This document shows, piece by piece, positions 1 to 8,091 of a stretch of 26,175 bases of DNA. Each line of letters begins with the position of its first letter. Within the stretch, counting starts at the first letter, position 1. The position numbers and the translations under genes were made by a program. The DNA is from a virus (Duplodnaviria > Caudoviricetes), in the IMG/VR virus record IMGVR_UViG_3300025653_005355, positions 1 to 26,175 of that record. The stretch is one strand, 5' to 3'. The notes beneath the pieces were generated by a model. It ran no database searches. It was not told the origin of the DNA and saw only the letters and a program-made list of their open reading frames with translations.

Positions 1-2
1 GC

Positions 3-2405
3 CGCCGCGCCCAAGAGATGCTCGGTGAGAGAGTCACATCTGAAGCAACGAGCCGCATCGGCGGTCTTGGTCGACGAATCCGACAACGTGAAGTTCCGCA
101 TAGTGGAGTTCAGGCGGTTGGTTCTCGACTGTTGAACTCTGACCAAGCAGAAAGGCTTTTCCGTAGGGCTGGCCTCGACTCAAACGACATCGACAACATT
201 CGTTTCGTTGGCGAAATGGCGGCTGCGTTCGGAACCTCTGGCCCAGCCGGTGTTGGCCTTGTTCTTGCTCGCCGTGGCAGTCGTGAAGCGATCGAACTTG
301 GCGTGCAAAAAGCCGTCGAGCAGGGGTGGCTTACAGATACTCAAGCGCGTCGCATTATGCGAGCCGCAGACACTGTTGCCCCCGAAGGTTTGCCGGATGA
401 AATTACAGCAGCCATTGGCGATACAGCCAGAGACGTTTGGGACTCTGCCGCCGCCGACAAAGCGCGTGCGCTTGGCGAAGCCGCTGCTCAACGCGTTCGT
501 GAACTAGACATCGTTGACCGAGGAATGGACGTCTTCGACAGCGCAAGAGACAGGATTCTCGGTCGCGGATCCGAACCAGACACCCCCGCTCTTCCTGCGT
601 CTTCAGGGACATGGGATCCATTCGGCGGCATGGCGTCACGACGGGGAAGCATCCGCAGCGAGGTTCCTGCTCTTCGAGGTGAGAACCCAGAACAGTTGAG
701 GCGACTTGGTCTTGACATGTCGCATAACCCGGATTCGATTGACCAGACTTATTATCAAAACATCGTTGATATTGCTGGCGACATTCGCCTTCCTGACCCG
801 TGGGGTGAGGGACAAGGCAAAACAATTCGCGAATCCTTCACTCAAACAAACTATAAGGATGAAACGTATTTTTCTTCCTACTCGGGCGACCTCGATTACG
901 CGATCGAAGCGGTGCAAGCCTCCGATTTGAGCGATGAAGATAAAGCCCGAGTTGTCGAAGACCTGCAAACCGTTAAAGGGCTGTCTCAGTTGGCAGGCGT
1001 TGGAATGTCAACATCAAAGCCGCCGGGTCGTAGCCGAGATCCTTTTGGTGACGATGGGCCAGAAGCAGAATTTGTGCCGCCGACCGCTGAACAACTCGAC
1101 CAGCAGATCGACGAAATTTTCGATTCGATGCCAGAATCTTTCTTCGAAAATTTTGGCTCGGTACTCGCTGATTTCCAGAAGCGAAAAGAAACACGTGAGC
1201 GCAGAGAAAAAACTCAACGTGAGGTTGAGTCTGAGTTGACGCGGTCAGAAGCCCGTATTGGATACTTCCGGCTCCTTGACGAAAACGATGTCCTTGACCG
1301 CACAGCACCAGTCGGTGAAGCAACAGTTGCGCGACCACACAATCCAGACCACGAACCAAGTGTGCCTGACCCAGACACGTTGCGATCTATCGACGATCTT
1401 GTACAACTCAGCAAGGATGGCATGGTTGTCGCTGACAGCCTGCTCAAGCCAGAACATCGTGAAGAACTCCGCAAACTGCTACTTGAGAACCCGCGAGTTA
1501 AAGCAGCATTGGACTTAATCCGTGAACGCGTCGCTTCCGGTGGGTACCTAGACGACGACGACATAGAAGTAGAAACTCGGTCGGGGGCATACTACGCAGG
1601 ACGAGAACTGGTAGATGCCTTGGTACATGCGCGAGGCATGGATGCAGCAGCAACTCTTCTGACAGACGACGAAATTGACGTCTTGAGATACGTCGATGGG
1701 TGGACCCCTGTCTCGCGTGGCGGCAACCCGGAAATGGCGCGCCGTCATATTGAGGGAGATGGTTACCCGATTGGCGAAGGCGTTGATGGCGCCGGTGTTT
1801 ACTTCGCTGTACAGGGAGGAACCGAACGAATGGGCATCAATGAACACTTTGATGCTGCCGTATACGCTGGAGAAAATGGTGCTGTGATGCAAGGCGTCGT
1901 TTCGCCCTCTGCACGTTTTGCCGGTCCGAATGCCATAGCGACTCAGCGCGAGGCATATCGCCTAGAGGTGCAAGCGGGCATACCCCAGAACTACAGTGAA
2001 GGCGCTAACCCTTTACTTGACTTGCGTCGCGAACTGGTCGCCTCTGGCGATACCGAAATGGTCGAAGCATTGGACTTGATGGTCGGCACAGCGTCATCAG
2101 ACAACAATGGGGAGTTCCCGAACGGCTCTGCGGTAATTGCGCTTCTTCAAGGTTACGATGGGCTCGCCAGTTATGGCTCCAACTCCGCAGACAACCGCGT
2201 CATTTTGTACAACCGTTCAGCGGTTTTGCTGTCTAGCAACTTGTTAAGTGCCGATCAATATAATGAATTGAAGCCGTGGGAAAAACTGGAGGTGCGAGCC
2301 AAAGCGCTCGCCGAAGCACACAATCTGCCTGTCGGTCTTGAGGGAGCGGAACGAACAGAGTGGATTCTGCAAGAAACAGAACGCAGGCTGGGAGAACTCG
2401 GATGA
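3..2405 (+). CDS. Large modular protein (5'-truncated) with C-terminal ADP-ribosyltransferase-like domain; probable virion/head cargo protein
   Basis: Frame is open from the window edge (no stop upstream of ATG 18). Linkers GGMASRR (624-644) and GMSTSK (1002-1019). The C-terminal ~1620-2240 has WTPVSRG, GAGVYFA, GYDG and LYNR and aligns by eye with the C-terminus of 8088..13289. Confidence 0.6.
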   Translation, partial: RRAQEMLGERVTSEATSRIGGLGRRIRQREVPHSGVQAVGSRLLNSDQAERLFRRAGLDSNDIDNIRFVGEMAAAFGTSGPAGVGLVLARRGSREAIELGVQKAVEQGWLTDTQARRIMRAADTVAPEGLPDEITAAIGDTARDVWDSAAADKARALGEAAAQRVRELDIVDRGMDVFDSARDRILGRGSEPDTPALPASSGTWDPFGGMASRRGSIRSEVPALRGENPEQLRRLGLDMSHNPDSIDQTYYQNIVDIAGDIRLPDPWGEGQGKTIRESFTQTNYKDETYFSSYSGDLDYAIEAVQASDLSDEDKARVVEDLQTVKGLSQLAGVGMSTSKPPGRSRDPFGDDGPEAEFVPPTAEQLDQQIDEIFDSMPESFFENFGSVLADFQKRKETRERREKTQREVESELTRSEARIGYFRLLDENDVLDRTAPVGEATVARPHNPDHEPSVPDPDTLRSIDDLVQLSKDGMVVADSLLKPEHREELRKLLLENPRVKAALDLIRERVASGGYLDDDDIEVETRSGAYYAGRELVDALVHARGMDAAATLLTDDEIDVLRYVDGWTPVSRGGNPEMARRHIEGDGYPIGEGVDGAGVYFAVQGGTERMGINEHFDAAVYAGENGAVMQGVVSPSARFAGPNAIATQREAYRLEVQAGIPQNYSEGANPLLDLRRELVASGDTEMVEALDLMVGTASSDNNGEFPNGSAVIALLQGYDGLASYGSNSADNRVILYNRSAVLLSSNLLSADQYNELKPWEKLEVRAKALAEAHNLPVGLEGAERTEWILQETERRLGELG

Positions 2406-2605
2406 TTGACGACAGCACCAAATGGGGACGTGACGACGACGTCAAAAAATTTCTTGCGACCGAAAGTATGCAGGTTGTAAAGCGTAAGGACCCTGAATCG
2501 ATTGCGTATTTCGTTACGGCCTTCCAAGAACGCGCAAAACCAGAAGACGTTCTCGAACAGCACCGTGACTGGTATGAGGCTGCCATGAAGGAATATGAAT
2601 CATGA
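2402..2605 (+). CDS. Small hypothetical protein (67 aa, MIDDSTKWG...), candidate partner/immunity protein
   Basis: ATGA overlaps at both ends (2402-2405, 2602-2605) and GGAGAA lies upstream, so 2402 is preferred over the track start at 2360. Confidence 0.7.
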   Translation: MIDDSTKWGRDDDVKKFLATESMQVVKRKDPESIAYFVTAFQERAKPEDVLEQHRDWYEAAMKEYES

Positions 2606-5121
2606 AGGCGGTGATGGTCGGTCGTGTGTCTGGTGGCAACTTGTTCTATGTCATTGACGGGGACACCGATGGCGCAATCGTCACTCCTTCTCGTGATGTC
2701 AAGCCTGTCAGTTTTTTGTCTTTCGTAACCCGCAAGAAAGTGAGCCGGATTACGAATAGTAAGTTCCATAAATTTTTATGGGATGGAGTTGACAAACCCA
2801 ACGACCGGTGGGAAAACATTGTCGTGTACAAGGTGCAACAGGTGCCGGAGCACATGCTCGCTGGCGTCGACGTGCTCTCCAACCTTGAAGCCAAGAAAAA
2901 AGATGCCCGCTACGACGCGATAAACGAAAAAATCGAAATCATCGACACATTTAAAGTTGCGATTGAAACAGGTTTCCACGAAAAAGCACTTGGACCCCGC
3001 ATTCGCCCAGCACGGTTCGATCCCAACGCCGAAGATGGCGATGGTGACGGCATTGTTCAGGACGGAACTACATTTGCGAGACCAGCGACTCCCGGCACTA
3101 AACCGGCACGTCGCGCCCGACGAGTGCAACGAGCAGCCAATGCGATGTCTAGGGACAGCGGCATGGCGGCACGCCGCAGTTATCTCCCGAGGGTTGGTGT
3201 AATTGAGAGATTCAAGTCGCGTGACAAAAAGTTTTACCGTGACCGTTACGCAAAGCAGTCCAAACGAGTTGACGATGCCTTCAACGGTGGAAAGCCGCTA
3301 AAGACGTACGGCGACATCGCTTCTGCATTTACGCGGGCGCATCCGGGTTTCGCCGCAGGAACGTCCATGGCCGACTACGTCGAAATTGGTTTACTCAAAG
3401 AGGACGAACCAATCTCGATGGCGCACAAAGAGCACGCATACGCGTTTCTGCTTGGCGTCTTGATGAATCCAAGTATCAAAGACATCGATGTGGAAATCCT
3501 TAGCCGTGAATCACGTCGACGTTTAGGCAAGGACCCCATCGAAGGCGCCGATGGCGCAGTGGCGTACGGTGCACGCGGAAAAATTGGTCGCGACCGAAAC
3601 AAAGTCAACGGGTACAGATGGCGAACCGTTGCCAAGGACCGAAAGCCGCGTCTTGAAATGATGTATGCCGACCAGACGTCGTACGACCAGATAGAGGATG
3701 TTCGTGTTTTAGGCAACTTTCAGTTGGAAACACACAAAATGTTCATCACGATGCTCGAAGACACCCCCACAGCATTTTCTGACACAAGCGCCCTTTTGCA
3801 GGCATTGCAACAAATCCTTGAAGGGACAGGCACGCAAGAAAATCTCAGTCCGGAAGATACCGACGCGATCAGAAAAGCATGGGAAGAAGCACGGGCAATG
3901 GCAGCGCGCAGTGTCAACCTGCACGAAATGACGCACCTTTCCAACTATGCGCAAGCATACAAAGAAGCAATTAAGGACCGAGGAATTGAATCACTTAGCG
4001 TAGATGAAGCAATTCAGCAGGGGGTTCTCGAACCGATTGCCGACATGGGAGATGATGCAATTCGCCAAGCGGCAATTAGAAGCGACCTCAGGGAGTTGTC
4101 CGTAACCGCGCCAGAAGCGATGTTCCGCTTCGCTGCTGAATATCAAAGGCTTATCCAAAGCACCAATCCACGCGACAAGATACTTCTTCAGCGGCTGGTA
4201 ACTGAAACTCTCAAAGATCCCGATGGTAACGATCTTAAAAAGGGTGAATCTATTGCTAGATGGCTACAGGCTGTCGGCTGGCCCAAGCCAAACGGCACCC
4301 AACATGACGCGGATGACCCTCTGCATGTAGACGATCTCCTGCCCTTCTTCTTCACTCCCGGCGCAGGAGGACGACCAGTCTGGTCCGACAAGGATGATCC
4401 CTACTATAAGCGGTCCGCATGGGGCCGAAACACTGCTGCCAGCAAACTTGACTTGGCTAACGGCGGAAGCATGGGCATGATCAAGTTTCAAGAGGTGTGG
4501 GACCTCGGGTTGCCGGAAACACGAGGACTACCGGCAATTAGCGTTGAAGATACTCACACCCTCACAAAAGCAGTGGCGCAGGTTGCTACGATGTTTCGTC
4601 TAGATCCCGATATTAGTCAATGGGACTTTGATGACTCGATCCCAGTGGTCGGTGGCGCAATTTGGGAGGATAGCCCGGGCATTATGCGGGCAATCATGAG
4701 TAGCAACGCGCAGGAATGGCTGGCTAACGCTCTTACCCAAATTTCTATGGACACTTCGATGAGCGACGCGCAAAAAGAACGCCTGAGAGCATACATAGTC
4801 GAACAAGCAATCATTGCGCCAAAATTGATGGACGATCTTTCCCCTCGGGAGAAGGCCATCGCTGTGCGTATTGCTAAACTTACAGGTGGTGGAGAGTACG
4901 CCTCTTACATGGGGACGTTTACTCATATAGATTCCTTCCAAGGATTATTTTTCAATCAGCGCTACATGGAATTGCTGGCTGAACTCGGCGCCGCAGCACT
5001 ATTTGGCTCAGAAATCAAAGTTCCAGACGGTTCCGGAATGCGCACTCTGAACGACGTTGAGAAAAAAGTGATGAGCAAGTTGTTGAAGTGGCTATGGCCA
5101 GAAGGTGAGTTAACGCTGTGA
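2602..5121 (+). CDS. Large modular protein with DGDxDG tag and zincin-like metallopeptidase domain
   Basis: 839 aa. HEKALGP...RFDPNAEDGDGDGIVQDGTTFARP (2977-3084), SGMAARR linker (3157-3177), HEMTH zinc motif (3922-3936), distal EYASY...ELLAE (~4890-4983). Confidence 0.65.
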   Translation: MKAVMVGRVSGGNLFYVIDGDTDGAIVTPSRDVKPVSFLSFVTRKKVSRITNSKFHKFLWDGVDKPNDRWENIVVYKVQQVPEHMLAGVDVLSNLEAKKKDARYDAINEKIEIIDTFKVAIETGFHEKALGPRIRPARFDPNAEDGDGDGIVQDGTTFARPATPGTKPARRARRVQRAANAMSRDSGMAARRSYLPRVGVIERFKSRDKKFYRDRYAKQSKRVDDAFNGGKPLKTYGDIASAFTRAHPGFAAGTSMADYVEIGLLKEDEPISMAHKEHAYAFLLGVLMNPSIKDIDVEILSRESRRRLGKDPIEGADGAVAYGARGKIGRDRNKVNGYRWRTVAKDRKPRLEMMYADQTSYDQIEDVRVLGNFQLETHKMFITMLEDTPTAFSDTSALLQALQQILEGTGTQENLSPEDTDAIRKAWEEARAMAARSVNLHEMTHLSNYAQAYKEAIKDRGIESLSVDEAIQQGVLEPIADMGDDAIRQAAIRSDLRELSVTAPEAMFRFAAEYQRLIQSTNPRDKILLQRLVTETLKDPDGNDLKKGESIARWLQAVGWPKPNGTQHDADDPLHVDDLLPFFFTPGAGGRPVWSDKDDPYYKRSAWGRNTAASKLDLANGGSMGMIKFQEVWDLGLPETRGLPAISVEDTHTLTKAVAQVATMFRLDPDISQWDFDDSIPVVGGAIWEDSPGIMRAIMSSNAQEWLANALTQISMDTSMSDAQKERLRAYIVEQAIIAPKLMDDLSPREKAIAVRIAKLTGGGEYASYMGTFTHIDSFQGLFFNQRYMELLAELGAAALFGSEIKVPDGSGMRTLNDVEKKVMSKLLKWLWPEGELTL

Positions 5122-5465
5122 CCGCGCGAGAGAAACATGTCAAATTTATTGAAGACATCCTTGGAGTTCCTTTCCGCGATGCACAGAAGAGTCACAGTCG
5201 TGATCAGTTGATTGGCATCTTCCGCGAACTCGAAGATGGTAAAGACCCATACAAAAAAGAACGTCGGAACATCGGCGAAGAATTGGAACGCGCTGGAATA
5301 TTGATGTCATCCCCGAAAGAGATGTACCGAGACGAGAGGGACACTCAAATTTGGATGATGTTCATCACCGGCGAAGTAATGATCCCGCCGTCTGAAAGAA
5401 TGGCGAAAAATTTTGACATTTTCGAATTGGCAGCCAAGCGCAACCGTATCATCGGTAACAAATAG
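5118..5465 (+). CDS. Small hypothetical protein (115 aa), candidate partner/inhibitor of the upstream peptidase
   Basis: GTGA overlap with the upstream stop; fills the gap on the coding strand. Confidence 0.7.
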   Translation: MTAREKHVKFIEDILGVPFRDAQKSHSRDQLIGIFRELEDGKDPYKKERRNIGEELERAGILMSSPKEMYRDERDTQIWMMFITGEVMIPPSERMAKNFDIFELAAKRNRIIGNK

Positions 5466-5482
5466 ACTAAAATAGGTACACC

Positions 5483-6130
5483 ATGGATGAAATCGAAGTC
5501 AAGGGACCGCAGGATGTAATTCTAGACCTGCCGCAGGAGCGCATTACCGCGATCACTCGTGGTCGTGGACCCCGTCGCGGCAATTTGGAACGTCTTTTGC
5601 GCTACTGGCGCCCGATTATGAAAAAGCCGGGCGGCTTTCGTCGCTGTCGGATCATCCTTGCCGACCACCCCGAGTTGTACCCCTTGGAGCGGATCTGTGC
5701 GTGGCTGCACCATGAAACCACCGGCTTGTGGCCCAACGAGGGGTGCCATCACCCCGGCATGAAGAACTGTAAAGGCAAACTCAAGAAAAAGATTTGGACC
5801 GACAAGAACTTTGCGCGACGCATGAAAAAGCGTTTCAAAAAAGGAAAGAAGTCCCTTGACGGAGCGTACTGGGAAGATGTCGACGACATGTTTTTCGGCG
5901 ACTTCCAAGAACGCAAAGAACTTGGGTTTGATGACGAACAGAATCCCGTAGTCACTGAAATGGATTACAAACACGCAATGGACGTGCTTTCCGATTTCAT
6001 GGAAATGGAATCTGATTTTGTTGCCTATCTGCGTGATTACGACAACTGGGAACTTGAAGGCGAAGACGATAACGGTTCGCTACGCACTGAAGCGTTTGTG
6101 AAATCCGAGGAAGATTGCGGGTGTGACTGA
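5483..6130 (+). CDS. Head-morphogenesis-region hypothetical protein with L-x-x-Y-W...G-x-F-x-R-C...C-A-x-L-H...T-G-x-W-P domain, basic tract and acidic tail
   Basis: 215 aa. The GNLERLLRYW...PGGFRRC...ICAWLHHETTGLWP pattern resembles a domain I recall from actinophage head-region proteins (unverified). TGATG overlap with the next gene. Confidence 0.55.
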   Translation: MDEIEVKGPQDVILDLPQERITAITRGRGPRRGNLERLLRYWRPIMKKPGGFRRCRIILADHPELYPLERICAWLHHETTGLWPNEGCHHPGMKNCKGKLKKKIWTDKNFARRMKKRFKKGKKSLDGAYWEDVDDMFFGDFQERKELGFDDEQNPVVTEMDYKHAMDVLSDFMEMESDFVAYLRDYDNWELEGEDDNGSLRTEAFVKSEEDCGCD

Positions 6131-8091
6131 TGGTTGAGTCATATGTCTACGAACGCGATTTTGGTTGCGAAGCCTGTCCGCCAATCCTGATCAAGAGGAC
6201 AATCCTCGCTGATCTGTCAACGAAGGTAAACCATGACCACATCCGTGGCATGGGCGCAAAATCCGAAGAAGTCGTTGAGTTCAAAGCGCTTGCGCGGCGT
6301 CTTGGTAGTCTGCGCCAATTCGAAGAGAAGCGTGTCGGTCTTTTTGGTTCAAGAAGCCGACTTGGGCAGGTCGCTCAGTCAATCGGCACTTACGCGGCCC
6401 CCGGAAATATTTCCCCAGCCCGAAGCCCAATCCGTTCCGGTATTGCCCGCGCGTTGACGCCGGGAGGACGTCGAGGCCGTGGGATCCCCGGTCGTGGACG
6501 AACTGCACGTTGCCCAGAGGGATATCAGTACGGTGGTCGGTTTACTGACAACGAGTTCACCACTTGCGGCCAGCAATTGTTTGACATGCCGAGCGATTTG
6601 GGTGAAACCATTTCACAGATTCGCCGTCGTGCCGCAGCAAGGACACCCGCGCCAGAAGGTTCAACAACTGAACCTAGGGCTATCAGTAGTGGTTCGAGTG
6701 GTCGAAGCGTGGTGAACCCTCGTGCTCCGCAGATTCCGCGCGTTGCTCAGAAAACCAATAAGCAGGCCCGCTCGAAGAGTGAAGAGCAAATCGTAAAGGG
6801 CATGAGCCCCAAGGGTGTGGAGGCTGCCCGTCTTGTTCGACGTGATGGATTTATTCTTGAGCCGGTGGTTTCAGCGCAGGTGTTGCGCACTATTCCTGAT
6901 AACCGCGACATGGTCGAAGCAACATATCTCTTGACTGCGCGTAGCAAGAACGACATTGGCGGCCAAGAACTTGGGCTTTTGTCAAACACCGGCATCACCA
7001 AACTCACCTATGTGCTGCCGGGCGGCTCGACGCTGGAACTCGAAAAAGTTAGAAATTTGACGACTGGTGAGCGCCGCAAACTCGGTCGAACCGTCAACAA
7101 GGGCATCAAAACGTCTAACGACTCTGATTCGGCTGCGCGTCTCAAGTTCGTGTCCGACGAGACGGGTGATGGGATTCAGTACCGAGAGAACCTGTCTGGT
7201 GGCAAAACTATTGATCAGATCCTTTCGAGTGGCGGTAAGGCCCCCAAGAAAGCGCCTGCGCCGAAGGAAGAAACTGAGGAAGTTACTGATATCGCTCAGG
7301 CGGCGCGCATCATCCGTGACGGCGGGCCTCTTTCCGCGATCGCTCCGTCAATTTTGCAGGAAGCATTGACGAAGGCGAATATGTTCAAGCGTGACAATGG
7401 TTTGTACGAAACAAATCGTGCTGGCACATACCGCATGCAGAAGTCAAACGGCAAAGGTGACCACATTTCAGCCAGTTTTGCTGCGGAAATGCAGTCCTAC
7501 CTTGGGCTTAACTCCCCCGACATCGCGCCAGTCGGCAAGGGCGACAAGAAGAATTACTTGGTCGAGGTTGCTGATAGCGTAATTGAGGGCGCAACCCTGC
7601 AAAAAGACGTCAAACTGAGCGACATTCCGACAACCGAAATGGCGTCGATGCTTGTTTCTGACATCATTTCGGATATCACCGACCGCAAGAGCAACAGTAT
7701 TGCGGTGCTCAAGAAAGACGACGAAATGCTCGCATTTCCTGATATATCAAAGAGCGAACTGATTAATTTGTCGGAAGTAAGCGTTACGGAACGTACAAAA
7801 GCACGGATCCGTGACTTCCGTTCGGTCTCTGGGAACGGCCTTTACAGCAAGTATTATAGAGAGTTGAAGGAAGATCAACAAAGGCTCATGCAGCAACAGA
7901 TCGCTGAACTGATTGAGCGAGCCCGCGAATTTAACTTCACAAAATTCAGAGATCGTCTTTACAGGGACGGAGAACTGAGCGGCGCCGAAAAAGTCCATCT
8001 GAACATCATCCAAAAGATCGTCGAAAATCGCGTTGACGTGCTTCGACAGAGCCGAGAGCAACTCATGGAAGTCCTCGGAGGTAAAAAGTGA
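6130..8091 (+). CDS. Large modular protein with RCP...GGRFTD...C motif and degenerate HipA/PI3K-like kinase-fold C-terminus
   Basis: 653 aa, coupled at both ends. C-terminal YLGLNSP...SDIISDITDRKSNS...AFPD echoes the HipA-like LGL-x-x-P...D-x-x-x-x-N-x-D-R-H-x-x-N...ID pattern with substitutions. Confidence 0.45.
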   Translation: MVESYVYERDFGCEACPPILIKRTILADLSTKVNHDHIRGMGAKSEEVVEFKALARRLGSLRQFEEKRVGLFGSRSRLGQVAQSIGTYAAPGNISPARSPIRSGIARALTPGGRRGRGIPGRGRTARCPEGYQYGGRFTDNEFTTCGQQLFDMPSDLGETISQIRRRAAARTPAPEGSTTEPRAISSGSSGRSVVNPRAPQIPRVAQKTNKQARSKSEEQIVKGMSPKGVEAARLVRRDGFILEPVVSAQVLRTIPDNRDMVEATYLLTARSKNDIGGQELGLLSNTGITKLTYVLPGGSTLELEKVRNLTTGERRKLGRTVNKGIKTSNDSDSAARLKFVSDETGDGIQYRENLSGGKTIDQILSSGGKAPKKAPAPKEETEEVTDIAQAARIIRDGGPLSAIAPSILQEALTKANMFKRDNGLYETNRAGTYRMQKSNGKGDHISASFAAEMQSYLGLNSPDIAPVGKGDKKNYLVEVADSVIEGATLQKDVKLSDIPTTEMASMLVSDIISDITDRKSNSIAVLKKDDEMLAFPDISKSELINLSEVSVTERTKARIRDFRSVSGNGLYSKYYRELKEDQQRLMQQQIAELIERAREFNFTKFRDRLYRDGELSGAEKVHLNIIQKIVENRVDVLRQSREQLMEVLGGKK

